NCBI GenBank assembly: GCA_032718475.1
Contig: JAUCBJ010007098.1
Coordinates: forward strand, 21,633 to 85,632
Origin: Nemertoderma westbladi
Lineage: Eukaryota > Animalia > Xenacoelomorpha
Direction: 5' to 3'
Length of the DNA stretch: 64,000 nt
Shown here: positions 48,839 through 61,600 of the stretch, in pieces
How positions within the stretch are numbered: the first letter of the stretch is position 1
Layout of the letters: every line of letters starts with the position of its first letter
Notes under the pieces: model-generated
The model's database searches: none
Seen by the model: only the letters and a program-made list of their open reading frames with translations
Told to the model about the DNA's origin: nothing
Position numbers and translations under genes: made by a program

Positions 48839-50011
48839 CTTTGCTTAATAACTTTTTATGTCGCGCGCCGACATGAAGTCATTAACCGGGCTCACGGGAG
48901 CTCTCGCAAATGTACAGCAGCCTATTCCAGATTTCCTAAATTGCAGTAAAGTAGGCCTACCATCAGTTTCGCAAAATCGGATTTCGTTACCAATAAATTG
49001 AGGGAAACGAATAAGCCTGTTACAGAGGCGGTATATTTTCTAACCAAAACAATGAACTATGTCGTTGATAAAACTGGAAAATAACTGGAAAATGTGCAGG
49101 TTACAAAAGTGTAGTCTTCAACGTCCTAAAATAACCACAGTATATCGTTACCAATTGTGGGAAAGAAGCAGGTTACAGAGACGGTCTTTTCTACTGTAAC
49201 CAAAACAATTAAATAAATATGATAATGAATAAATTATGAAATAAGAATTATAATAAATAATTATAATAAGAATATTATGAAATAAGTAAAAATAGCATAA
49301 GAGTTCTCAAACTTGTATTTTTCGGCGGTGGGTGAAAAAATTTTTGTACCAGTACAAAATTTTTGAAAATAAGCAAATTTGATCAATACAGTATATAGGC
49401 CTAGGACTTAGTATCATATTGTTTCTTGAGTTATACGGATTTATGAGGGTCCTGAATCCAATGCAATCAATAAAAACAGCATTGGACATCTCTAAAATAA
49501 ATATTTTTTTTTTTTGTTTTTTTTTGTGGGGGGGGGGGGGGGGGGGGGTGGGTCAATATGACCATCTGTTCGCGGTATTTTTACCACATTTTATAGCCCG
49601 TTACTAAGAGGGTTAAATTTCCATACATTTTTGATTATCGTTTTTCTAATGTTTATTAATATATAAAAACCTGTTTCTAAGCTATTTCTCCACGAAATTC
49701 AGATATTTCTTACATGGGGAAATGCTACAGACCAAGTTTTCCAAACCGCGCCAGATAATGAAACGAATATAACAAAGAATAACAGTATACTGTGCAAGAA
49801 TTCAGTATACTGTGCACGAAATACAGATGTAGACAATTATTGTTTTTTATAAAGGTTATAGTGTTAATATCAACAATAGGGTTGGTGCTCGAAAAAATTG
49901 TTAGGCTAGAAACAATCAAATAAGGGGTAACAACAACAAGGTGCCCTGAATCGAGTGGCGGGGTGTGTTTTTTGTAAAAACACGAGGAAACGGTCGAAAT
50001 GGCGGATTTAA

Positions 50012-50338
50012 GTAAGCCCGGGAAGCCAATTTTGAAAATCGGCTATGATTGGCTGCCTGCGAGTTTATAATTTTGAATTGATTCATTTTATCAATATTCA
50101 TCACCATGAATTTAATTAATTGTAGTGTCAAAAAATGCGCAAGACTCTCCGCTTTCAATTGATATAAGCCACATTGAGAATGTAAAATGATTGAGATTAA
50201 ATCTTTATTTGAGTGGATCTAAAATCATCCTCCATACTGTAGAAACCAATATAAGAAATTATCAGAGAACTGAGTAGTGACGTCAAATACGTAGCAGCCA
50301 ATCACAGCCGATTTTCAAAATTGGCTTCCCGGGCTTAC
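50012..50338. mobile_element. MITE family D, TTAA-flanked (piggyBac/Kolobok-type target)
   Basis: ~45-bp TIR GTAAGCCCGGGAAGCCAATTTTGAAAATCGGCT(A/G)TGATTGGCTGC; TTAA at 50008-11 and 50339-42. Confidence 0.8.
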
Positions 50339-50949
50339 TTAAGTACTTAAGTACTTAAGGTACCTAAGATGCTATTTTACATGACAGGTCAGAAAAATTT
50401 CATTTTTCGCTATTTAATATTAGTTACTGTAATACTAGTTAACTATAAAAAAAACTTGGTTGCGCTTAAAACCCTAAGGCTTTTTCAGTTTTGAACCTAA
50501 TCACATGAAAGATTTTTATATGATAGATCAAAGATGGGGCAACATAACTATCAGGCGAAATTTTGTGAAAATAATTCTGCACCGTTAGGTGGCGCTGCAA
50601 ATTTATGCTAATTTCTTAGGTTTGTTATAAATACTATTAAATACAAAAAAATTCGAAAAGTTGTCTGATACTTTTGCAGGGTGGCTATGTAGACACCCAC
50701 AGAAATTTCCAGACTAATTGCTCAAAAATTGTAGAAGTACCCCCCCCCCCCCCCCCCCCCCCCCCCTTAATAAATAATACAAACTAACAACTACATGACC
50801 GAACTGCACTGAATTTCAGTGCAATTACTATATACGCACGTTAAAAACTTATGGAAAGATTGCGGAGATCGGTAAAATTAACATTGTAGGATCGCTTTTA
50901 CAAAATGGGAAAGATAGGGAAATATAGGGAAATATATGGTTTATTGATG

Positions 50950-51010
50950 TTCATTGGAAGGGATTGGTGGCGCATGCGCATTCGGTCAACGTTTAGAAAT
51001 GGGCGGAGTG
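50950..51010. promoter_or_regulatory. Promoter-like motif cluster (2x CCAAT, NRF1-type palindrome, GC box)
   Basis: ATTGG at 50953 and 50963, GCGCATGCGC at 50970-79, GGGCGGAG at 51001-08. Confidence 0.4.
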
Positions 51011-51062
51011 AAAAACGTGAGCCAGGAGAGAAAAGTTCGAAATGGATGTCTAGGATTGGGAG

Positions 51063-52199
51063 TTAAATGTTGAGTCTTTCTGGTGCCCACGAGGAGGAAT
51101 TTATTACCCGAAGATCCCGATCTAATTCCTGTCGTCGTCTCATCCATTTATCGTCAACATTTGCTTTGGGTAGAAAAGTGAAACTGTTGCTGGTCCCCCG
51201 GACAATGTCGTTCTCTCGGACACCGTTACGGACGCTGTCACACCCTCGGACACTGCCGTCGTCACTGCTACCCTGTCGTACACTGTCGTTATCTCGGAAG
51301 CCGTCTGGGGCACCTGGTCTCGGTCTCCAGGCGTTAACTTGAGATTCGCTACTAGATTTTACTGGGAACTTCTTCTTTTCCAGCCAGCCATTCTTTTGGG
51401 GTTTCCCTTCCCAGTACCACAGCTGTGGACCGCTCCATGTGTCCGGAAGAACACGATGTTCTACGGTGTCTCCAGAAGGAAACACATCCGCATTGTTGGT
51501 TAGACAACCGAAGTTATTATTTCTGTTAAATGTAGAATATGGCGTGCATGAGGGGGCGTCCCTAGAACTGCCTCTAATGATCTCTTCTTGTACAGAAGCA
51601 CCGCACAAATAATCCTCTATGCCAATCTCTTGAGTTTCTGAAGAAATTGCCTTACTCCTCTTCTCAGCCTGTTGATGAACACCGTTCACTTCTTTGTCTT
51701 TTCGTTGGAAAATCTTAAAAACATTAGAGCCGGATCTTTTCCTGAAGGCGATAGTGGGATCTTCTATCTGTCCCTGTTTGCCGAATGTATTGGGGATGTA
51801 GGGAATAGATTGTTGGTCTACCAAATCGCTTGGCTGCGATTTCAGCGGTAATAATTGCTTGAGCGACTCCTTTTTCACAGATTTGCAAATGTCATCGTTT
51901 TTTTCAGTTGATTTTCGCGTTTCGGGTGTTTTGCTTGCAAAGTTAATGACCTTACGCGAACATTTATTGATGGCTTGGTGTGCTGTCATCGCCTTTACTG
52001 TGATTGTATCCCACGCTGAAGGAGATAATTTCTCCAGCATTGGGGAGTCTCCACTCACATGAGGCAGATTACCATAAATGTTGTATGGCTTTTTAGTTTC
52101 CTTATATTCTATTGGATCAATGTGATTGCGCTTTCTGGTAACATTGTCATTGTTACTAATAACGTCTTTGAGAGAATATCCATTTTGAGTAGACGTCAT
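51063..52199 (-). CDS. Uncharacterised 378-aa hydrophilic protein, or terminal exon of a larger gene
   Basis: 1137-bp ORF in AT-rich surroundings; acceptor TTCCTATTACAG 20 nt before the ATG; AATAAA on the minus strand at 50940-45. No domain recognised. Confidence 0.6.
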   Translation of the reverse strand: MTSTQNGYSLKDVISNNDNVTRKRNHIDPIEYKETKKPYNIYGNLPHVSGDSPMLEKLSPSAWDTITVKAMTAHQAINKCSRKVINFASKTPETRKSTEKNDDICKSVKKESLKQLLPLKSQPSDLVDQQSIPYIPNTFGKQGQIEDPTIAFRKRSGSNVFKIFQRKDKEVNGVHQQAEKRSKAISSETQEIGIEDYLCGASVQEEIIRGSSRDAPSCTPYSTFNRNNNFGCLTNNADVFPSGDTVEHRVLPDTWSGPQLWYWEGKPQKNGWLEKKKFPVKSSSESQVNAWRPRPGAPDGFRDNDSVRQGSSDDGSVRGCDSVRNGVRENDIVRGTSNSFTFLPKANVDDKWMRRRQELDRDLRVINSSSWAPERLNI

Positions 52200-52452
52200 T
52201 ATTGCATACTGTACAAGTACTGTAATAGGAATATTTTTAATTTCTGCTTGTTATTTATACTGCAATGCACAAGTACTAAGTGTAGCAATGGAAAAGTAAT
52301 ATTTCATTTGGCAAACCTACAGTACATATGTAAATACCTACGACCCACAATGTTATAATAATTCCAGAATAAAATGTTGCGTAGATTTCACAGTAATTAG
52401 TCGCTGCGATTTCAGTGGGAATTATAATTTCAATAGCATTGCCACTACTGTA

Positions 52453-53120
52453 CAGCATGTCCTAGAATATAGTGTCGTTATTCAGGTACATGCATGACCG
52501 TGCAAGGATTCCAAAAATGTAAAAATATTTAATTTGGTTGGGAAATAGCTGAGATATGGGCATTCGAATTTTGCATGTATTTGCTTCCACTGCAGGCCAT
52601 TTATTCTATTAAATAAATACAAAATGTTCTAGAACATTTTGCTATTTTATGAATATCCATATACTAGTATTATCATGTAGGCATTGCATTGTTGCCCAGC
52701 TAGTTATGAGATAAACAAAATGTTCTAGAACATTGGGTATTTATTTAATAGAATAAATAGCCTACAGGCATACATGCAAAATTAGATTGCCCATATCTCA
52801 ACTATTTCCCCACCAAATTCAAATGTTTTTACATATTTGGAATCCTTGCACGGTCAGCTTTCTACTAGTACCAACAAATCACTAAATGTTTGAAGAATAA
52901 CTGCGGTGTAACTGGTGCAATATCGACGGAGACACTTTTTTTAAACGCTTGTAGCTAAAGAATGAAAGCAAAAATAAAATTCTGGCTCAACCACTAAGGA
53001 GGAGGGAGATGAAACAAACTCTGTTTCAAATTTCATGCAATCTCATTAATATTTGTAGAAAAATTTGGGGGGGGGGGGGGCAGGTACCTGAATAACGACA
53101 CTATGTTCCAGGGCATGCTG
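52453..53120. mobile_element. Family A MITE with an internal deletion in the left arm
   Basis: TA|CAGCATGTCCTAGAATATAGTGTCGTTATTCAGGTAC ... GTACCTGAATAACGACACTATGTTCCAGGGCATGCTG|TA; interior colinear with ~7280-7925. Confidence 0.88.
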
Positions 53121-53550
53121 TACTCAAGGCGTACAATATACAAGGCCATGCCATCAGGTTAACTGGGGGCGGTGACTGGGGGCAAGATTTTTTTTACAAC
53201 AATTTGATATCTTGATATAGGGAGAGTTCTATCAATAATCTTTTGCTGCAATTTGGTCAATGGACGTAATTGAAGCCTCCTCATTAAGTACGATACAAAA
53301 TGTTATGGTAGCTAGTGTTTTAGGTAGGTTTAGCTAGTAATTTCGACTCTGGTTCCGACATCCTACTGTACTTCCCTCTATAAATATTTTGTAGTAGGTA
53401 GTTCTTATTACTAATTGTATAGAAAATGTTCCAGATGATGTTAGCTATTCATTTTATTAAACTCTTCGGTTTATCACTGCGACTGCGAGTAGGTGGTACT
53501 TTATGTGGTACTAGACAGAAATAAGGGCTAGAGTTCCGTACGTCCCCCCA

Positions 53551-54390
53551 TTTTTAAAATGACTTGAATTGCCTTGAAATGACTTGTATTGTCATTTAAT
53601 ATTATGGAATATATTTTTTCTACCTATAATATATACTATATATACAATATATATATATATATTATATATATTATATAGTATATATAGATAGTATATATAT
53701 ATATATTATTTTTAAAATGACTTGAATTGCCTTGAATGACTTGTATTGTCATTTAATATTATGGAATATATTTTTTCTACCTATAATATATACTATATAT
53801 ACAATATATATATATATATTATATATATTATATAGTATATATAGATAGTATATATATATATATTATTTTTAAAATGACTTGAATTGCCTTGAAATGACTT
53901 GTATTGTCATTTAATATTATGGAATATATTTTTTCTACCTATAATATATACTATATATACAATATATATATATATATATTATATATATTATATAGTATAT
54001 ATAGATAGTATATATATATATATTATTTTTAAAATGACTTGAATTGCCTTGAAATGACTTGTATTGTCATTTAATATTATGGAATATATTTTTTCTACCT
54101 ATAATATATACTATATATACAATATATATATATATATATTATATATATTATATAGTATATATAGATAGTATATATATATATATTATTTTTAAAATGACTT
54201 GAATTGCCTTGAAATGACTTGTATTGTCATTTAATATTATGGAATATATTTTTTCTACCTATAATATATACTATATATACAATATATATATATATATTAT
54301 ATATATTATATAGTATATATAGATAGTATATATATATATACTATATAATATATATACTATCTATATATACTATATAATATATATAATAAT
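53551..54390. repeat. ~159-bp AT-rich tandem repeat, 5 copies, ending in an inverted copy of its (TA)-rich half
   Basis: TTTTTAAAATGACTTGAATTGCCTTG starts at 53551, 53709, 53866, 54026 and 54186. Confidence 0.93.
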
Positions 54391-56118
54391 ACTTAATAGG
54401 CCTAATGAGAATTTAAAAAAGTCCAAATTCTTCAGATATACAATTCCAATAAAATTTCGACCGAAAAGTGAACACCTGGTTTTCTTCACATTGGCGTTTG
54501 AACCAATTACAACTCAATTATTCTTCAACCTTAAAAGTGATTCGTTGGTGGAGAACGAAAGATCTCGATGATGGATTCCAAATATAATTTTGCTCAACAA
54601 AGAATTAGTTTCCCTGTAACAACGACATCTCCCCATCGTTGCCAACGAACCCTCTAAGATAAAAATGTCGAAAGAGATATAGGCCTACCTATTTAAAAAG
54701 CCCTTCTTGTAGATTGAAAGCGCAGGCGAGTTGATATCTCGACACAGGAAATTAACAAATTTTATTATCTATTTATTTTAGTTATTCTAACCAAAACAAT
54801 ATGACAAAATTGTGGGGATATGGAAATACACCTTATATATTATAAAATGACTTATATTGTCGTGCAAAAACATTTCATGGTGTTTGGAAATATGCGACAG
54901 GGTTGGGGAGGATTGAAATGTACAGTATGTAGGAGTTAATAGTTATACTGTAATACCCGATCAGTGTGTCCGACAACCGGAACCTTACCCTTCCCAAATC
55001 CACACATTATATTATACGAGTACCACGGGTTTCCCACCCAAGCCTAATGTCTGTACTGTAGGGGTAATTACTGTAGCGTTTGTACTGTAGGTGTAGGTAG
55101 GACTACGGAACTGACTAGTTACAGGGCACACGGGGGGGGGGGGGGGGGGGGGGGACTGGGCTGCAGTGATTTCCAGGAATATTAGTATTAGGTTACTACG
55201 TACGCCTTCCACCAAGTCAACTCTCAAGGTATCAATATACAGACATGGGACTAGGTGGATTACAAACGAGGTATACAAAGAGCACGTGATCGGGAACAGG
55301 TTGGCCGCCAGGCCACACCTGTAGCAAGACATAGGTAGCAGGGAGATGGGATATTAGCCTTGCCAGAGATAGGAATGTACAATTAGGCGGTCAATATGTA
55401 CTACATTATGTAGTACGTATTTATTGTTATATTGGGGGGGGTTTCAGTAGGTTTTAGTTTTAGGTAGTAGGATTATGTACTTAATTATGGTTTTGCTACG
55501 TACGGGTGCCAGGCTGGGGTCTTAAACCCCAGTATGGCTCATTACTAGGGAATATTCATCCGCGCTACCGGGGTACATTAGACAGATTAGCAATATTGGT
55601 TCAGTTGGTTTGGTGACAAGAGTGGAAGGTGATATCGTTGTTTTATGGCACAGTTCTTTAGTAGTACAGATTCCTTATTCATTTTACGTATTCACTTATA
55701 TTATTTTATCTTTTGTAAATGCATCTGATTTATTGTTTGTTATCTGTTTATATTCTGTCTATATTCTGTATTACTATGGTGCTGTGTAGGGATCGGCCTG
55801 CACAGACACCACACTGGAGCGTTTAGTTATCAGTTTCCTTTCCACCGGACGGGCGGGTTACCTGATTTGGGCGGTTCAGTGGGGAACTCATCATTACGTG
55901 ATATTTACGCCACTACACCAACCCAAAAATAAAACAACGTCACGAACGGGGGCTGTCTCAGAAAACGACAGCCTCGATAACGACACGACAAAGATCCGCG
56001 ACGCGGCTTCCCGCGAACCGGTAGAGTGGCCTTAAAAAACTGTAAGATAGGCCAAAAAAGTATTCCATTATTCCGTAACTCAGACCTGTCAGTCCCTCCA
56101 TAGGCTACCGTACCTAGG

Positions 56119-58672
56119 ATGTCAGACAGTCTACTTTCTGGCAGTCAGCCAGCGACGGCACCCGGCCAGGTTGAACCCGGGGTTCAACCCGCCACTGGCG
56201 GGGCAGCAATGGCTGCCCCAGCTACAGCCTCGAGTCCCTTCTTGGACCTGAGCAACCCGGTATCGGGACGCGGAAGCCCCGTGGGCCCGAGCTCCCGGGA
56301 ATCCCCGCCTATCCCGTCGACGGAAGGATCCGTCGGGCGGCCGGCCGGTGACACCCGATGAAACACGGACGTGGATAGACGAGTTAATCACAGCAGCGAC
56401 GCAGTCACTCCCGACTGAGTTACCACAACGAGGAGAACCACCACCACCTCCCGCCGGTCCGGCACGGTTCCCAGAGGAACACCAACGCCGGGAGAGATCG
56501 AGATCATCTCCCTCCGGACCGGAGCCGGCGATAGATGACGACAAGGGAAGCGGGGTGGACCCAGACCGGGAACCCTCGCAATTAATCCCAGCACTACCCA
56601 AACATCCAGCCCGAGGACGCTCGCGAGAAAGAAGCGATCGGACGAACCCGATGGGACGGCCCAACGGGACAACGAACCGGAGGAAGCTCCGTTCCTCCTC
56701 GGACCCCAACCGGCCCCCAGCGCAGCTTGACACAGGGGTGATCGAGCGAGCGGGGCGACAGTTTCGATTACAGCGAAGACGATTGGAGACCTGGGCGACT
56801 GCTGGACGACCGGATATCGACCTGGCGGCAGCCCTAGAGGTAGTCAACGACTACCTCAGGATTCTTGGAGAGCAAGGCGCCGAGGAGGAAGCCAAACACT
56901 GGGAGACGGACATCGGGGGAATATTGGACGATGCGTTTGATAAATGTTTATTCAATCAACAGGTGAGGGTGGGAAACATTTTTATAGGTATACCCAGCCA
57001 GCCACAAAACGGCTGGACTGGCATAACCCTAGCCGGTGACGGCAGAGACCAGGATGAGATACAACCTGGGGACAGTGCGAGTCAGCCGCGTGGTTCAAAT
57101 TCGAACGCGTCTGACTCCATTCAAAACCGAGTGGAGTATGAAGAGGCTCTCTTTGAGATGGAAAGGCTCGACCGAGAGGAAACTCTTGAACGAGAATTAA
57201 TGAATCAAAAACTTGAATGTGAGAGGGTTGCGAGTGAGGCGGCCCAGAGAGTGATTGAGGCGGCCCGACGAGCGAATAGGGAGGCCGATGAGGCGGCCCG
57301 ACGAGCGGACCGCGAGGAAATAGCGAGAGAGAAATTGCGGGCTGATAATAAAGTGAGAGACGAGGCGCGTTTAGTAGCGATACGTAAGTTAGCGATGGCG
57401 CAAGCGCGCGGGGTGAAGGGGGGCTCCACTGCGGGTAGCGGTGTGGGGTCCAGAGTGAGCAATAACAGTGTACGTTCAGCGAGAGCGAGTCCGGGCCGAC
57501 GAACTAGCGAACTGAGCAGACCCGCCTTGGTAATAGGGCTCCATAGGGGCCCAGCTCATCCGGCTAGAAAACAGCCGGTTGGGCCGGGTGGAGCCAGTGT
57601 GACAGGGAGTGGTGAATTAGGGGGAGTACCTGTAGGAGTAGCTGCAGCAACTATAGCACCCACAGTAAGCACCCCACCGATAGTTGTAGTACCTACGGTA
57701 GTAACTACACACACCACTACACCTACTATAAGCACTACACCTAATATAATTCCCACAGTTATAAGAGGAACGAGTTTTTACGGCGGCCCGGGTATTTTTA
57801 CGGGTCCGCCTCCGCCTGGTGCTACCAGGAAGGGCGGCCCGGGTATTTTTACGGGTCCGCCTCCGCCTGGCGCAGCCAGGATCACAGCGATACAGGAGCT
57901 GCCTCCGGCTGCCATGAAACCTCCCCAGGTAGCGCCGGCCATGGTGGTCGTCGATACCGACGAGGTAAACGAACCGAGAGGATCAGCAATGTATTACCCC
58001 ACCCAGAATCAGGGTGGGCCTCCAGCAGAGGAGGCGACACAGGTGGAGCGAGAAGGAGAGCTCCAGGTTGGACAGGGGGAGCCCGCAGTAGGGTTCCGAG
58101 TAACACAGGGGGAGGTAGACACCGCCTCCACACACACACAGAGCCACGCCTCGAGGGAGGCGGACCACCAGGGCTTAAGAGTGCTAACCTCCCTCAAATT
58201 TCTGCAAGATAATACTGGTAAGTTAATTATCGCAGAGCAAGGGGAACAGGGAAGTTCCCCTACGGCGAACTCGAGGGGACTTCGAGTAGGGGCCCCAGAA
58301 TTCGCGCCGGCGGTAGATAATACCGCCAGCCGGGGGAGAGTAAACAGACAGAGCGGGACCGTCGGCTTTGCCCCGCGGACGGTGCCGATAATCAGTGAGA
58401 CTGCAGCCCGAGCAGGGGACCTGCAGATGGACAGAGGGGACGGACGGGAGTCGGCCTCCGAGAGGCCCGATGCAACCGCCCACAGGGGTAGGCCAGAGTC
58501 GAGGTATCTGGCGGAGCTCTGCAGAAAAGGGGGCTCACCGAGCCCCCCCCCCCACGAACAACAATGCGTTCATTTGGAAATTCTGAATGGCCCCAACAGA
58601 ATTCCATATATGAAAGTACAACTCACCCAGACCCCCCCCTTCAGGGAGGCGAACGGGCGAGTCCCCAGCTAG
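56119..58672 (+). CDS. N-terminal Gag region of the BEL/Pao polyprotein, split over two frames (56119-56361 and 56252-58672)
   Basis: ATG at 56119 and an overlapping open frame from 56252. Contains the PGDSASQ motif followed by a charged coiled coil, as commonly seen in BEL Gag N-termini. Confidence 0.65.
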
Positions 58673-61600
58673 AGAACAATACCCGGACTACCCACGGCCG
58701 GGAAGTCGGTTGGGTGAGCCGGGGTTTGAGCTACCTCCGCTTGCGTACCCTACCAACGGGGTCGGACGGTATATAGACCCCTTCGGACCGTCGGAGGAGC
58801 CCACGTCAACACGGGCGGACTCATCACCGCGCGTGTACAATGACACAAACTCAACCCACGATAACGAGGCGGTTTCGACAGCGAAAATGCTCCATATTAT
58901 ACGTGAGCAGAATGAGCTGCCAAAATCCTTAGCCTTTAAATTCGACGGGAAACACCCCGAGGAATACATACAATTTCGGGCTCTGTTTTCCAACGAAATT
59001 CTAACAAAGGAAATGTCAGACACCCGCCGACTAACCTATTTGGCGACTTATCTAGCGGGTGACCCGAGGAAACTCGTTAATCGTTTCCAGGGCCAGTTGA
59101 ATGGGTTCAGGAAGGCCTGGAAGGCGATAGAGGATCGGTATGGCGATCCGGAACAGATCATTGATGACGCCATATTTCACCTCACTGATGGGGTGAGGGT
59201 TGAAACACCAGACGAGATGACCGAATACAGCGATCGAATAAATCAGCTGATTAATTCCATCGAGACGATGGGCGAGACCTACCATCTCAAGGCGGGCGGG
59301 CTGCTGAATCAAGTGGTTGATGTACTACCACTACATCTGCGTCGCAGCTGGGCGCAGCAAGTGACAAAGATTACAGCTACGCAACATCGCCGAGCAACGC
59401 TAGGAGAATTTGCTGACTTCATGGAGTACAAGGCAGCGAGCGCTAATCAGCGCTGTTTAAAATACCCCAAGGATAAAGGGCGAAGTCGACAGGAACAAGG
59501 AGACCGTGGGAAAAGGGAATACCCCACGGGCCGTTTCAAATCCAATTGGAAGTCGAGCAATACCCAAAAATTCGCCTGTAACAACGTTGGGGACAACAAC
59601 TACAGGGGTAGACCGTCGGAACCGGCGCATAATCGAGCGACGGGCCGATCGCCTTCGCGGGAGAGCAGTCGGGGCGGGTCGACCCCACCAACTAACAATC
59701 GACAGGTCCGCTTCGAAGAATCTAAAAGCGGAAGCGCCCCACCCACAGCGAGCAGGGGAAGTGGGCAATGGGTGAAAGATGTCTTCCATATAGACATCGG
59801 GGAGTTCCCTTTCAACGAAGAAAGGTATTGCCAGTTCCATAGGGGAACGTCTCACAGAACGATTGAGTGCAGAAACTGGCAGAAGATGGACGCCGACACA
59901 CACAAGGCGTATGCTAGGAAGCATCACTTGTGTTGGACTTGTGCCCGAACAGGGCACTCTGGGCGGGCATGCCCATACGATAGTAAGAACACAGAGGGGG
60001 ACGGTAAGTCCACCGAGCAGCAGGCGCATAAACATGCGGATAGTAGGACAGCGGGGGAGAGGGTGGCCGATAAGCAGGTGGCCTTCCCTGTCTTCCCCAT
60101 GAGACGGAGGTTGCGGAAACCACCGAAGATTAAACCCTATGTGTACCTGAGGATTGTTGCATTAGCGGTATGTGATAACCGCGGCCAGCAGGTAACCACT
60201 TTGGGGCTCTTAGACGGAGGTTCAGCGATAACGATGATGGACAGAGTGGTTGCAGACCGCCTTCAAGTTAAACGAAGGAAGGCATTTATGCAACTCTGTA
60301 CCATCGCCAACCCGGACAGAGACGTAGAGTACGACCTGATTCTATGTCGATTCAAATCTATTGTGACATATTCCCAATATAAGTCGGACCTTGTTGAGGC
60401 TCGGGTTCTACCCGAGCTCAACGTACCGGCAGACCGGCCCTCGGCCGATGAAATTCAACAATACACACACGCCCGAGGACTGAACTTTAACATACCCAAT
60501 GACCTGGATGTACCCTATGTATCAGTACTCATTGGTATAGATTGCCCAGGTTCTCACCGGCTACTGCAGCCTTCCATCGAAGGACCAGACCCCGAAAGGG
60601 ACCCCCAGGTCATGCTAACCCCATATGGTTGGTGTATGACGGGACCCGTAAAGGACATTGATGAGCAGCCCGACAGACACAGTGCAGGGCTGGCTAGACC
60701 AGTCTTCACCGTGGCCGGGAAAGGGCACCCCACCGAGTCTTCGGAACTCACATTGGAGGAGGTCCGAGAACGAGAGGAAGAAACCAGGCGCGACCTAGAA
60801 AGGCTCTATGACATAGACACCGAGGGCTTATATAACCCAGCCGTGGGCGCCTCACAGGCGGACAAGATATCGACCGATGTATTGAACAGGGAGATGATCT
60901 TGAGCGGCGGGCATTACTCAGCTCCAATGCTCTGGAAAGATCGAGCAGTACCCTTGGTTAACAATAGAACCATGGCGGAGATGAGACTCAACCGACTCAA
61001 ACGGTCATTGACTAAACACCCTGACAAACACGAATTTGTTGAGAAACAGATTCAGAAGTATATAGACAAAGGGTGGGCCCGTAAACTCACGGCGGGGGCA
61101 CCCGAGTCTCCTCGAACTTACTATCTGCCCCTACACGTTACCAAAGGGGCATCCAAGCTGCGACTGGTCAACGACGCAGCGGCGAAATACTTGGGTAAAT
61201 CGCTTAATGACTACTTATTAGAGGGACCCAATGTTTTCAATAGCGGGGTTGACATCCTGCTAAGGTTCCGCATGGGCCTCTACGCCTTCACATGTGACGT
61301 AGAGGCCATGTTTCACCAGGTCTTCGTTTATGAAGACGACGCGGACAGCCAGCGTTTCCTGTGGTATAGTGGGGATCAGCTGGACACAGCGCCGGAGGTG
61401 TACCAGATGTTGGTACATATCTTCGGGGCTAAGTGTTCCCCGTGTGTGGCCACCACAGCACTACGACGCACTACCGCGAGTGAGTCGGTGGCTCCGCCCG
61501 TGAGAGACTTTATAACAAACGATTTTTATGTTGACGATGGGATGAAGTCGGGTAACTCCGAAGCCGACCTCATCCAGCTGGCCATCACGGCCCGCGACTG

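Noticed and set aside
55605-55630. TGGTGACAAGAGTGG as the primer-binding site of the LTR element
   Set aside because: Not preceded by a CA LTR end and upstream of the AATAAA at 55928; cannot be validated without the 3' LTR
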